From NCBI GenBank assembly GCA_039028615.1, contig JBCCHT010000027.1:96001-160000 (forward strand): a DNA stretch of 64,000 nt. Reading direction: 5' to 3'. The DNA comes from Myxococcota bacterium. GTDB taxonomy: Bacteria > Myxococcota_A > Polyangia > Nannocystales > Nannocystaceae. The position numbers were made by a program, and so were the translations under genes. Within the stretch, counting starts at the first letter, position 1. Every line of letters begins with the position of its first letter. Positions 18,904 through 31,107 of the stretch are shown here, one piece after another. The notes below the pieces were generated by a model. It was not told the DNA's origin. It ran no database searches and saw only the letters and a list, made by a program, of their open reading frames with translations.

Positions 18904-20571
18904 ATGTCTTACGGTCCGATCGTCGATCTCCCCACCCATCGCGTCACCAACCAACCGCGGCCCCTGATCGACTACGACGTGATGGCCGGCGACGCGGCGC
19001 TGCGCGAGGCGATCACCCGGGAGGGCGCCGGATGGGCGGAGGTTCCCCTACATCAGCTTGGGCGCGCGGCGGGCAGCGCCCGGATCATCGAAGCGGGCTT
19101 CGCCGCCAACGAAAACCCGCCCGAGCTGCGCTCCTTCGATCGCTACGGGCAGCGCATCGACGAGGTGAAGTTCCACCCCGCGTACCACGAGCTGATGGCC
19201 CTGGGGATCGAGCATCGCCTGCCCAGCCTGCCCTGGGCCGAGGCCAAGGCGGGCGCCCACGTGACGCATGCCGCGATGGTCTACCTGCTGACGCAGGCGG
19301 AGCCGGGCGTGCTGTGCCCGATGGTCATGACCTACGCATCGGTGCCCGCCCTGCGGCACCAGCCCGAGGTCGCCGAGGACTGGCTGCCGCAGATCCTCGA
19401 CGGCCAATACGACGCGCGCTGCGTCCCGGCCCCGAACAAGACCGGGGTCACCATCGGCATGGCGATGACCGAGAAGCAGGGCGGCTCCGACGTCCGGGCC
19501 AACACCACGCGCGCCACCGCGGTGGGCAAGGGCGGACCGGGGGCGGAGTATCGGCTCTCGGGGCACAAATGGTTCTGCTCGGCGCCCATGTCCGATGCGT
19601 TCCTGACCCTGGCCCACACCAACGAGGGGCTGTCGTGCTTCCTGGTGCCGCGCTTTTGCCCCGACGGCACGCGTAACCGGCTGTTCATTCAGCGGCTCAA
19701 GAACAAGCTCGGCAATCGCTCCAATGCCTCGAGCGAGATCGAGTACGACGACACCTGGGCGGTCATGGTCGGGCCTCCGGGGCGCGGCGTTCGGACGATC
19801 ATCGAGATGGTCCACCACACCCGGCTCGACGCCGCGGTGGCCCCCGTCGGCCTGATGCGCCAGGCGCTGAGCCAGGCCATCCACCACGCGAAGCATCGCT
19901 CGGCCTTCGGTCGGCCGCTCATCGAGCAGCCGCTGATGCGCGCGGTGCTGGCCGACCTCGCCCTCGAGGTGGAAGCCGGCGTCGCGTTGGTGATGCGAGT
20001 CGCCCGGACCTTCGACGAGGCGCAGCACGATCCGCGCGCCGCTCAGCTGTCCCGGCTCGCCACCGCGTTCACCAAGTTCTGGACCAACAAGCGCTGCCCC
20101 GGGCACGTCTACGAGGCGCTCGAGTGCCACGGCGGCGCGGGCTACATCGAGGAGTCGATGATGCCGCGGCTCTATCGAGAGGCCCCGCTCAACAGCATCT
20201 GGGAGGGCTCGGGCAACGTCATCTGCCTCGACGTGCTGCGGGCCATCCAGCGCGACCCCCAGGGCCTGAGCATCCTGCTCGAGGAGCTCCAGCCCGCGGC
20301 CGAGGTCGAGCCGCGCGTGGCCGACCTCATCGCGGACGCGGGGGCCATCCTGTCCAACCGCGCGCTGCTCGAGTCACGCGCCCGACAGCTGACCGAGAAC
20401 CTGGCGCTCGCCACCCAGGCGGCCCTGCTCATGGAGCACGCCCCCACCGGGGTGGCGGATGCGTTCATCGCCGCCCGCCTCGGCGGCGGGCACCAGACCT
20501 ACGGAGCGCTGCCCGCCGGGGTCGACGTGGACCTGTTGATCGAGCGCGCCAGCCCGGTCACGCAGGGCTGA
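18904..20571 (+). CDS. aidB: Acyl-CoA dehydrogenase, AidB-like
   Basis: THRVTNQP, FHPAYHELM, MTEKQGGSDVRAN, HKWFCSAP, KLGNRSNASSE, REAPLNSIWEGSGN. Confidence 0.9.
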   Translation: MSYGPIVDLPTHRVTNQPRPLIDYDVMAGDAALREAITREGAGWAEVPLHQLGRAAGSARIIEAGFAANENPPELRSFDRYGQRIDEVKFHPAYHELMALGIEHRLPSLPWAEAKAGAHVTHAAMVYLLTQAEPGVLCPMVMTYASVPALRHQPEVAEDWLPQILDGQYDARCVPAPNKTGVTIGMAMTEKQGGSDVRANTTRATAVGKGGPGAEYRLSGHKWFCSAPMSDAFLTLAHTNEGLSCFLVPRFCPDGTRNRLFIQRLKNKLGNRSNASSEIEYDDTWAVMVGPPGRGVRTIIEMVHHTRLDAAVAPVGLMRQALSQAIHHAKHRSAFGRPLIEQPLMRAVLADLALEVEAGVALVMRVARTFDEAQHDPRAAQLSRLATAFTKFWTNKRCPGHVYEALECHGGAGYIEESMMPRLYREAPLNSIWEGSGNVICLDVLRAIQRDPQGLSILLEELQPAAEVEPRVADLIADAGAILSNRALLESRARQLTENLALATQAALLMEHAPTGVADAFIAARLGGGHQTYGALPAGVDVDLLIERASPVTQG

Positions 20572-21670
20572 CCCGGCGCCGTCGCAGCCCCAGCGCGAGC
20601 AGCAGCAGGGCCAACCCCGACAGAGGCGTGGAGCCGCGGCTGTTGCAGCCGCAGCCGCCCAGCTCCTCGATGGACCCTGCGGACGAGCCGTCGGCGTCCG
20701 TCTCGCCCTCGGTCCCGCCCTCGTCGGCGCCGCCCATGGTCCCATCGCCCATGCCGTCGTCGACGCCCTCGTCACCGCCATCGCCGGACTCGTCGAGCGA
20801 ACCGGTGTCGTCGCCGGGCACGGGCTCGGGCGCGTCGAAGAGCATCATCTCGGGGTCGAATACGATCTCGTCGTCGGTCTCGGGCAGCGGGATGGGGATG
20901 TCGATGCCGAAGATGTCGAACTCCTGGCCGATGATCGACATCACCAGGTGCGGCCGCACGATCAGCACGGGCGCGGTGCCGAGCTGGGCGACCATCACCC
21001 CTTCGACCATCATCGGATCCGCCTCGGCGTCGGCCATCAGCGGCGAGGCCACCAGGCTCGCGTCCACCACCGCGGCATCGGAGTCGTTGCTGACCTCGAT
21101 CCGCGTGCCGGAGAGCTCCGCGGTGATGTCGGCCGCCACGTCGACGTCGAGGTTGCCCGACGCCACGATGATGTCCGGGATGATCGGGACCGAGACCACG
21201 GGCACGCCATCGGTCTGGTCGTTGATGATGACCGGGCTCTCGGGGTGGCCGGGCAGCAAGTAGGGCGTGAAGATCGCGTCGCTGGTGATCGCGTAGTCCC
21301 AGGGGCCCAGGATGTCGGACTCCCACTGGATGCCGGGGCCCAGGTCGAAGCGCACGCTGGCCTGGAGCTCGAGCCCGACGTCGAGCAGGAAGTAGCCGCC
21401 CATCTCGGTGCCCTCGAACGAGAGGGTCTCGGTGTCCCAGTCGTACAGGCCGTCGCCGATCATCTCGATCTGAATCGAGTCGGCCGCGTGCGCATAGAAT
21501 CGGAACTGCACGGGCGAGTCGGCCGGCAGCCAGCCGGAGTCGAAGTCGACATCCTCCAGGCCGACCAGGTCCTGCGAGTGCCGCGGCTCGAAGGCGTCGC
21601 TCGCCGTCCCGGCGGGGATTCCTCCGTGCGCGAGCCAGAGCATCGAGGTGAGCAGGCCAGACGTAACCAT
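20558..21670 (-). CDS. MYXO-CTERM surface protein
   Basis: C-terminus GGCGC...LSGLALLLLALGLRRRR; N-terminal signal; acidic linker. Confidence 0.85.
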   Translation of the reverse strand: MVTSGLLTSMLWLAHGGIPAGTASDAFEPRHSQDLVGLEDVDFDSGWLPADSPVQFRFYAHAADSIQIEMIGDGLYDWDTETLSFEGTEMGGYFLLDVGLELQASVRFDLGPGIQWESDILGPWDYAITSDAIFTPYLLPGHPESPVIINDQTDGVPVVSVPIIPDIIVASGNLDVDVAADITAELSGTRIEVSNDSDAAVVDASLVASPLMADAEADPMMVEGVMVAQLGTAPVLIVRPHLVMSIIGQEFDIFGIDIPIPLPETDDEIVFDPEMMLFDAPEPVPGDDTGSLDESGDGGDEGVDDGMGDGTMGGADEGGTEGETDADGSSAGSIEELGGCGCNSRGSTPLSGLALLLLALGLRRRRVSPA

Positions 21671-21963
21671 GGACGGGAGGCTACCAGGCTGGAATTGTCC
21701 GACCAAACCGCACCGACCGATCCGGCTTCCCCCCACCATGGTCGACGCCGCGCAACTGGCACATCCAATGGCAGCGCACTCCGGTCACCCATTCGATCCG
21801 AGTGTGATCGAGTGAGCCGTTTCCACACTCGCTTCGAAAGTCACGGCACATTCGGCCGGCACCCGGCCGCTACGCGGCGTTCGTTCCCTCTCACCGCACC
21901 CGCACGCGGATCTTTGGCCAGTGCCTTTTCGACGACGCCGGGCTCGGTTATGGTCGGGGAACG

Positions 21964-22371
21964 TTGCCCGACATCGCCACGACCTTTTCCCGGGCCGAGC
22001 GCGCCGCGGTGATCGACATCCTGCGCGCCAAACCCGATGTATCCATCGCCGACCTGCGCTTGCTGTGTCGGCGGGGGCGCTTTGGGGGAATCCTGGGCAC
22101 CCTGACCTTGCGCGAGTACTTCACTGGTTCGCCCGATGAGACGATCGATCCCATCACGGGAGAACCGGACAAGCTCGCTCGTCGCCAGCGCTACGATCAC
22201 GAGTTGCTCGAAGCATTGCGCAACGCCGGCGAGCCGTTGTCCGCCGACGAAGTCGCCGAGCGCATCGGCGGCTCGTCACAAGACGCTCGCATTGCGTTGC
22301 AACGACTGGCACGCGATCGAAGAGCGCGTCGAACCTTGGCCGGTCGCGCCACCAAGTACGTCGCCACTTGA
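21964..22371 (+). CDS. Small winged-helix DNA-binding protein
   Basis: YDHELLEALRNAGEPLSADEVAERIGGSSQDARIALQRL...GRATKY wHTH-like. Confidence 0.6.
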   Translation: MPDIATTFSRAERAAVIDILRAKPDVSIADLRLLCRRGRFGGILGTLTLREYFTGSPDETIDPITGEPDKLARRQRYDHELLEALRNAGEPLSADEVAERIGGSSQDARIALQRLARDRRARRTLAGRATKYVAT

Positions 22372-22761
22372 GCGTCGGCAGCGTCTGGCAGTGCGCCCCC
22401 AAAGCCACTCACACTTCGCATCAAATGTGGGCATAGAGGCCCAAAACACCGAATCTAGACCACGTGGTGGGCCTCACGAGGTGTGAGTACGGATCCGATC
22501 GTGCCAGTTAAGGGGTTCTCCTGCGGCGACGACGCACCGGCGGATCCGCGCCTCTCGCAAAGGCCGCCAGGTGGCTCCATAGCAGAATTCGGGTAGCAGT
22601 CGCGAATAGACGACCGAATTCGGCTCTGACACAAAAACCAGAAGTTCTCGCTGCGAAACCGTTGCCAGATGCTATAGCAGGCGCTCGTGGGTACCGACCG
22701 TTGGGGCTTCACCAACCCTGCGGACCACGGGCAACAACCGACTTTCCGAGGACGACCCCCG

Positions 22762-24561
<1,800 letters not shown>

Positions 24562-24815
24562 TCGCTCCGGCCTTCGTGGTCTTCACCGAGCCCGACCCTG
24601 CATTGCAGGCGTCGGGCTCGCTGCATTGAGACACCGCCCATCGTGCCAATGGAGGGTACGGAGCCAATGCGGGCCGCCCGAACCTCGCAAGTCGTGCCAT
24701 TGAAACGGTCCGCGGCGCCCCAATGTGAATGGGTCGGCCTTTTCCGCGGGGTGGCTCGCAACCTGCCGGTGCCGCCGCCGTCTTGTCGGGCGAACACCCC
24801 GACCGGTTGCCGATC

Positions 24816-26021
24816 ATGACCCGCCGCCCCGCCCTCCTCGTCACGTCGCTCGCCCTGCTCACCGTCGCTCCCGCCTGCTCCACCATCGTCAATGCGATCT
24901 CCGGGGCCAGCAAGAAGGCCACGCGGGTCAACATGGACAACTGGAACATCGAGGCGATGAAGGTCGACATCCGCCAGGACGGCAAGACGCTGTGCCCGGG
25001 GCAGTCGGTCCAGATGGTGGTGACCGCCGAGCTGAGCCACAAAAAGCGCGACAAGAAGAAGACGGTGCAGACCCCCGAGGGCGGCGCCAAGGTCAAGAAC
25101 ATCGGCTCGCTCGACTTCGACAGCTTCGAGTTCACCAGCGCCCAGGGCACCTTCGGCGAGCGCGGCACCTTCACCGCCAGCCCCGACGTGCTCGCCACCG
25201 CGGTCGACGGCTTCGTCATCGACACCAAGTACGTGCCGCAGCCCGAGCCGCACAGCTTCTCGAACTCGTACGCACCGAGCTACGAGTGCATCACCGGAGC
25301 CGGCGCCGCGGGGCCGGGCGGTTCCTCGGGCATGTCGGGCTCCATGGGCAGCAGCGGCGACTCGGGCAGCAGCGGCTCGTCCGAGAGCGCGGGCGGTGAC
25401 GGAGGCTCGGGCGGAGCCGGCGGCGACGGAACCCACGGCGGCAACGGGGACGCGGGCCCCACCCTCACCGCCTACGCCACGCTCGTTCGCACCCCGCACC
25501 ACGAGCACCTCGTGATGCTGCAGGTCACCGGCGATCACCAAGACGTTTTGCTCTTCGATCCCAAGGCGCCGATCGTGCTGAGTGCTCGCGGAGGCGCGGG
25601 TGGCTCGGGCGGTTCCGGAGGTTCGGGCGGCCGCGGTGGCTCCGGCGGTTCGGGGTATCCGGGGGGTAACGGAGGTCCCGGCGGAGCCGGCGGCATCGGG
25701 GGCAACGGCGGCAACGGGGGTCCTGGCGGACACCTCACGCTGATTTTCGACGAGAACTATCCCGAGCTCGCCAACGTGATCCAGCTCGACGCGTCGGGCG
25801 GACCCGGAGGCTACGCAGGCTCGGCCGGCAACGGCGGCGATGGTGGCTCGTACGGCAGCGGCAACGGCGAGGGAGCCCCCGATGGTGCGGCCGGAGCCGA
25901 AGGCCCCGATGGCCAGCAGGGCGGAAGCGGGCAGTCGGGCCCCGACGGCTTCGCCACCGCCCAGCCGGGCAACGTCGAGGCTTACTTCGCCCAGCTGCCC
26001 GAAGGCATCGAGCGCGTCTAG
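24816..26021 (+). CDS. Lipoprotein with Gly-rich (GGxG) repeats
   Basis: Lipobox VAPAC; three Gly-rich blocks separated by short beta segments. Confidence 0.75.
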   Translation: MTRRPALLVTSLALLTVAPACSTIVNAISGASKKATRVNMDNWNIEAMKVDIRQDGKTLCPGQSVQMVVTAELSHKKRDKKKTVQTPEGGAKVKNIGSLDFDSFEFTSAQGTFGERGTFTASPDVLATAVDGFVIDTKYVPQPEPHSFSNSYAPSYECITGAGAAGPGGSSGMSGSMGSSGDSGSSGSSESAGGDGGSGGAGGDGTHGGNGDAGPTLTAYATLVRTPHHEHLVMLQVTGDHQDVLLFDPKAPIVLSARGGAGGSGGSGGSGGRGGSGGSGYPGGNGGPGGAGGIGGNGGNGGPGGHLTLIFDENYPELANVIQLDASGGPGGYAGSAGNGGDGGSYGSGNGEGAPDGAAGAEGPDGQQGGSGQSGPDGFATAQPGNVEAYFAQLPEGIERV

Positions 26022-26316
26022 GACCCGGCGCCCACGCTCGCCAATCGCGGCTCCGAACCTCGCCGCATGGGACAAAACCCCATGCCGAGGATCGTGAGCC
26101 GCTTCGCGTTTGGAGGGGCCGACAGATTTCTGGGCCCGTTTTGAAAGACAAGCGCCGGGGTCGTCATACCCGATCTCGGCACAACGAGACTCGGCGTACG
26201 TCGCCGAGCCCATCGTCGCGCCACGAGCATTTTTTTGAAGACCGGTGAGCGTACGGAGCTCGGGTCGTTACTTCCTCGGCAACGCGTCACGACGCACATC
26301 AGCGAACGGGCGCTTC

Positions 26317-27324
26317 ATGAAGACGACTCCAATCATGCTCATCACCAAGATTCAATCCGTCACGTTCATCGCTGCTTGCATCGCCCTGGGAATCGGCTGC
26401 GCAGACATGGACGAGCTCGACCCTATGGATGGCTCCGATGCGCTCGTCGACGGCGAGGATTCGATCGATGACCTCCAGAGCATCGAGGACGACGGCGGCA
26501 TCGCCAGCTCGTCGTGTGCAGGCTGCATCACCTATGAAGGAACGATCTCGAGCGGCGACGGGCACGATTCCCATCCCGACGGCTCCTACTTCTACGCGCC
26601 CGCGGGCATGCATCAGGGCATCCTCAGCGGAGAGGCGGGCACCGACTTCGACCTCCATCTATGGAAGTGGAACGGGGGCGGCTGGACCAGCGTCGCGGAC
26701 TCGCAATCGCCCGATTCCAACGAAGAGATCAACTACGACGGCGAGAGCGGCTACTACGTGTGGCGCGTCTCCCCGTACTCCGGCTCGGGCAGCTATCAGC
26801 TCCAGCTCGGCATCCCGCCGCGCCCGGAGCTGTGTGGCGACGGCATCGACAACGACGGTGACGGTGCGGCCGACTGCGACGACTCCGATTGCGCCGACAG
26901 CCCCGCGTGTGCCCCCGCCGAGGACGACTTCTGCGGGAACTACGACGGCGAGTCCATCGCCCTGAGGACGGACCTCGATACCTACGTGCGGGCGGGTAGC
27001 GGCAACACGGGATACGTCGTCAACCAAGCCGCCACCGCCCGAGGCTGGGAGCACTTCACGGTGGAGTGCCAGGACGACGGCACGGTCGCGTTCGCGACGG
27101 CCCACAACCGCTACATCCGCGCGTATCCCCCCGGCCATCCCGGCCCCCACATCCGCCAGCAAACCTTCGTGGGGAGCCAGGAACGCTTCACGCCCATCTG
27201 GCAGGACGACGGCACCTGGGCCATCCAGACCGCCCACGGCTCCTACCTGCGGGCGCATCCCAACAACTCGATGATGCACCAGTTCGCCGTCGGCTCGCAG
27301 GAGCGCTTCATCGTCGAGCTGTAA
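26317..27324 (+). CDS. Lipoprotein with PPC-like domain, CGDGIDNDGDG motif and fascin-like beta-trefoil
   Basis: LGIGC lipobox; GTDFDLHLWKW...GYYVWRV (PPC); three IALRT/VAFATAHNRY...ERF repeats. Confidence 0.75.
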   Translation: MKTTPIMLITKIQSVTFIAACIALGIGCADMDELDPMDGSDALVDGEDSIDDLQSIEDDGGIASSSCAGCITYEGTISSGDGHDSHPDGSYFYAPAGMHQGILSGEAGTDFDLHLWKWNGGGWTSVADSQSPDSNEEINYDGESGYYVWRVSPYSGSGSYQLQLGIPPRPELCGDGIDNDGDGAADCDDSDCADSPACAPAEDDFCGNYDGESIALRTDLDTYVRAGSGNTGYVVNQAATARGWEHFTVECQDDGTVAFATAHNRYIRAYPPGHPGPHIRQQTFVGSQERFTPIWQDDGTWAIQTAHGSYLRAHPNNSMMHQFAVGSQERFIVEL

Positions 27325-27348
27325 CGAAGAGGAGTTCATTCGCACGCC

Positions 27349-28386
27349 ATGGACATCACGCCTACCGAACCTTTGTTGCCCGTGGCGATTCCACGGCGGC
27401 CCCGGTCTTTGCACCGGGCCGTCGCTCTACTGTTCGGGGTCCTCGGTCTCGGTGCCTGTACGAAGCCGGTCGAGGTCTTCGTCCACCCAGCCTCCAGCGC
27501 CAGCCGCCCCCCGGCCCGCGCCGTGCCACGGCGGCCGAACTCGAGTGCACCTGTGGCGACCTCGGTCGACACCGACCCGGACCAGCCCTACACCTACCTG
27601 TGCGACCGGGACCAGGTTGCGCCGATCGGCAGGTCTTCGTACTGCGCCTCGACCCAGCGACTGACGTGGGACGAAGGGCGCCGCTACTGCCGTCGGCAGG
27701 GCGCCCGCATGGCGCAATTCGAGACCTACGAGGAGTCGGAGGCCCTCCGTCACTTCGTGGAGCCCATCGTCGATCCGGGGGAAGTTTGGCTCGGCCTCGA
27801 ACGTAGCACCACGGGGTGGAGGTGGACCGACCGTCCGCACCACCGCATGGACGATCCCTCCGCCTGGCGCGAGGGCGAGCCCAACAACCTGCACGACAAC
27901 GAGCCCTGCGCGACGTTGGATTTCATGCGGGAGGGCTTCAACGACCTCGACTGCAACCAAGACCGAGGGATCGTCTGCCAGCTTCGGGAGCCCCGAAGCC
28001 AATGCCCGACCGAGCCATTCCGACTCGGGCACCACACCTACTGCGTGGTCCCGGGCTCCGTCGACCGGCACCGGGCTCGAGCGACCTGTGACGCCGTCGG
28101 AGGCTCGCTCCCCGTCCTGGAGACCCCCCGCGAGCGCCAGGCTCTGGCCCACGCGCTCAAAGCCCCGCTCAACGCCCGCGCGGTGTGGATGGGCCTTCGC
28201 GAGCGAGCCCGGGAAGGCGACTGGCGCTGGAACTCGGGCCAACCCTTCGCTCTCGAGTGGGACCCGGGGGAACCCAACGACTCCGGGGGTGAAGCCTGCG
28301 GCGAGTGGCGAATCCTCAGCGGCCGATTCAACGACTTCGGCTGCCATCGCGAGATTCCCGTGCTCTGCGAGTTCCCGGACGCCTGA
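27349..28386 (+). CDS. Lipoprotein with two C-type lectin domains
   Basis: WLGL/WMGL, W..GEPNN/GEPND, FND..C, VCQ/LCE. Confidence 0.85.
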   Translation: MDITPTEPLLPVAIPRRPRSLHRAVALLFGVLGLGACTKPVEVFVHPASSASRPPARAVPRRPNSSAPVATSVDTDPDQPYTYLCDRDQVAPIGRSSYCASTQRLTWDEGRRYCRRQGARMAQFETYEESEALRHFVEPIVDPGEVWLGLERSTTGWRWTDRPHHRMDDPSAWREGEPNNLHDNEPCATLDFMREGFNDLDCNQDRGIVCQLREPRSQCPTEPFRLGHHTYCVVPGSVDRHRARATCDAVGGSLPVLETPRERQALAHALKAPLNARAVWMGLRERAREGDWRWNSGQPFALEWDPGEPNDSGGEACGEWRILSGRFNDFGCHREIPVLCEFPDA

Positions 28387-28454
28387 TTTTTGCACGAAGC
28401 CCTGCCCCACCACTGGAAGCTCTCCGCATCTCGACTCGTTCCGCCCGTACCACC

Positions 28455-29477
28455 ATGCCCGTCTCTTCCCCGACGAAGTCCCTCGCCCGCTCTCTCCTGC
28501 CCCTGGCCGCGCTGGTGGTCAGCACGGTCGGGTGTCGCCCCACCGAGATCCACATCCTCGCCGCCCCCGGGACCGAGGTCGTCACCACGGGTCAGGGGGT
28601 CGAGATCATCGAGGTCGACCATGGCTTCGATACCTCGTCGCACGGCGAAGCCCCGCCGCCCGCGATGGCCAGCGGCTCGCGAAACTTCCTGTGTGACCGC
28701 AACCAAGTGCTCCGCGTCGACGGCTCCGCATACTGTGCCTCCGAAGGCAGCATGAACTGGGACAGCGCGCGCCACTACTGCGAGTCGCGAGGGGCCCGCC
28801 TCGCCGAGTTCGACTCGCCGCAGCACATCGAGCAGACCACGTCGTTGCTGTCGCACGGTCTGTCCATAGACTTCGTCTGGGTCGACCTGCAGCTTGGCGG
28901 CCGCGGTTGGGAGTGGAGCCGCACCCGGACCCCGCTCGGCGGCAACAACCACCGCTGGCTCCCCGGAGAGCCCAACAACTCGGGCGGCCAGGAGCACTGC
29001 GGCGCCCTGTCGACCGTCCGCGGCGGGCTCAACGACGCCCGCTGCCACAGCGAGCACTCGGTGCTCTGCGAGATTGGCCCGCGCTCGCGCGGGTGCTCGG
29101 GCCTCACCGTGCGCACCACGGGCGGCAACTACTGCATCCTCGAGCAGCGGGTCACCTTCGACGACGCCGCCGCGATGTGCCACGCCTCGGGCCACGAGCT
29201 CGCCGGTCTCGAGAGCGGCCACGAGTTCGACGCCGTCGTCGAGCACACCTCCTCCCCCATCCGCGCCAACAGCGTGTGGATCGGCCTGAACGATCTGCAC
29301 CAAGAGGGCAACTGGCGCTGGAACTCGGGGCGCACCAGCTTCGGCTGGCTTCCGAACGAGCCCAACGACTCCCACAACGACGAGGACTGCGCCGAGCTGC
29401 TCGTGCGGGCCAACGGGATCAACGACTCGCGCTGCCACGGCCGCAAGCCCGCGCTGTGCGAGTTCCGGGCGCGGTAG
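28455..29477 (+). CDS. Lipoprotein with two C-type lectin domains (paralog of upstream gene)
   Basis: WLPGEPNNSGGQEHC, WIGLND, EPNDSHNDEDC, LCEF. Confidence 0.85.
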   Translation: MPVSSPTKSLARSLLPLAALVVSTVGCRPTEIHILAAPGTEVVTTGQGVEIIEVDHGFDTSSHGEAPPPAMASGSRNFLCDRNQVLRVDGSAYCASEGSMNWDSARHYCESRGARLAEFDSPQHIEQTTSLLSHGLSIDFVWVDLQLGGRGWEWSRTRTPLGGNNHRWLPGEPNNSGGQEHCGALSTVRGGLNDARCHSEHSVLCEIGPRSRGCSGLTVRTTGGNYCILEQRVTFDDAAAMCHASGHELAGLESGHEFDAVVEHTSSPIRANSVWIGLNDLHQEGNWRWNSGRTSFGWLPNEPNDSHNDEDCAELLVRANGINDSRCHGRKPALCEFRAR

Positions 29478-29921
29478 CTACTCGTCGAAGCGCGTGGCAC
29501 CCATCCACGCCACCCACAGGATGACGACCACGATCGCGCCATAGAGCGCGACGAGCGGGCCCGCCTGGGGGTGGCGGTCGGGCATGCCGGCCGCGAGCCA
29601 CTGCTCGTAGCCACGCATGATGGATAGCGCGTCCACGTAGACGACGAAGCCGGCCCCCAGTACCCCCATCACGACCGCGAGTACGGCGGGCAGCCGCGCC
29701 CTCAAAAACCACAGCGCGAGGCCAGCGGCAGCGACGAGGCCGTGGAAGGGCAGCTGCGCCATGGGCTCGAAGCCGGAGTGGCCCGAGCCGTTGCTCAGGC
29801 AGTAGAGCGCGAACAGAGCCGTGACCGCCCCGCCCGTGAGCGCGGGGAGGAACATCCACCAATCGTCGCTACGGCGCGGCGGGGACACGAAGCGAAAGGG
29901 TCTCGGGGTATCCGCGGGCAT
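29478..29921 (-). CDS. Hypothetical membrane protein (about 4 TM)
   Basis: Four hydrophobic segments; convergent with lectin gene. Confidence 0.6.
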   Translation of the reverse strand: MPADTPRPFRFVSPPRRSDDWWMFLPALTGGAVTALFALYCLSNGSGHSGFEPMAQLPFHGLVAAAGLALWFLRARLPAVLAVVMGVLGAGFVVYVDALSIMRGYEQWLAAGMPDRHPQAGPLVALYGAIVVVILWVAWMGATRFDE

Positions 29922-30069
29922 GGATCGATCGACGCGAGCGTTTCGGGACCTACGCCCCAGCCGCCGCGCGGCTTCCAACCCCCAGCATGTTTCGAGGGCC
30001 CCGCGATCGCAACGGCGAAAATCGTACGCTGCGATGAAAGATTTTCCGGGGCCGCGTCATACCGTGGCC

Positions 30070-31041
30070 ATGCCGACCCGGATGGTTGTCTCCCTCTTGC
30101 TCCTCACGTCTGCGCTCGGGTGCGACCGAGCCAAAGAAGCGTCGAAGACCGAAGCGAAGACCGAGACGAGTGCCAAAGCCAAAGCCAAAGACGCGACCGC
30201 GGACGAATCGAAAGCCAAGGGCGAAGCCAAGACCGAGATCGTCCTCCATCGCCCCTTCAAGGTCGGGGACGAGTATGCCTTCGAGGGCAGCGGGAGAGAC
30301 GACAAGGTGCGGACCGTGCTCGTCGGCGGTGAGACGGTAGAGGGCAGCACGGAGTCCTTCACCGTGGCCCTGAAGGCCGACGCCATCGTGCACGAGGTCA
30401 ACGCCGAGGGGCAGCCCACCCGCACGGAGTTCAAGGTCCGAAGCTGTACGCCTGTCGACGATCCTTCGGTCACGCTGCTCGACGAGGGAGACGTGTTCAT
30501 GGTCCTGGCCACCGACGAACCGGGGGGCGGCAACATCGTGTTCCCCCCCGGCATCGGAGGCCCGGACATGGTGGAGCACATGGAGCTGCTCATCACCACC
30601 AACTTCGGCCCGACCGACGACGAGCTGTACGGAACGAAGGGAGCGGTATCGGTGGGCGACTCGTGGTCCATCAATCGCAAGGAGGCCGCGGCCGAGCTGT
30701 CGAGCGGGAGCAACACCGCCACCCCCGACCAGGTGAAGGGCGAGATGACCTTCAAGGGGACCGAAGACGTCGACGGAGAGGCCTGTCAGCGGTTCTCCTC
30801 GGAGATGACGGTCACCGACATGGACATGGGCACGCTACCGCCCGGGACCAAGGCCGACAGCGTCGTCCTGACGGCAAAGCAAGACCGCGTGCTGCCCGTC
30901 GACTCCAGCAAGCACTCGCGCGGCGGCTCGCAGGAGTTCTCGCTGAAGATGGTCCTGCAGATGCCAACGGAGAGCGGTCAGATGCAGACGGTGAAGATGG
31001 AGCGGACCTCCAAGGCGACGATCAAGCTCAGCCCCAAATAG
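30070..31041 (+). CDS. Hypothetical lipoprotein
   Basis: Lipobox ALGC, K/A/E-rich linker, beta-rich body; typical codon usage. Confidence 0.7.
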   Translation: MPTRMVVSLLLLTSALGCDRAKEASKTEAKTETSAKAKAKDATADESKAKGEAKTEIVLHRPFKVGDEYAFEGSGRDDKVRTVLVGGETVEGSTESFTVALKADAIVHEVNAEGQPTRTEFKVRSCTPVDDPSVTLLDEGDVFMVLATDEPGGGNIVFPPGIGGPDMVEHMELLITTNFGPTDDELYGTKGAVSVGDSWSINRKEAAAELSSGSNTATPDQVKGEMTFKGTEDVDGEACQRFSSEMTVTDMDMGTLPPGTKADSVVLTAKQDRVLPVDSSKHSRGGSQEFSLKMVLQMPTESGQMQTVKMERTSKATIKLSPK

Positions 31042-31045
31042 CGAA

Positions 31046-31085
31046 GAGCCCGCCTCCCGAGCGATTGACTCGAGACGGCGGGCTC
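31046..31085. terminator. Hairpin between convergent genes (putative bidirectional terminator)
   Basis: GAGCCCGCC...GGCGGGCTC inverted repeat. Confidence 0.55.
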
Positions 31086-31107
31086 GTTCAGCCCAGCGCG
31101 GGCGGGC

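Noticed and set aside
24687..24699. TGGCACGACTTGC (minus strand) resembling a sigma54 promoter
   Set aside because: GG-GC spacing is 8, not 10, and it points antisense into rpoD
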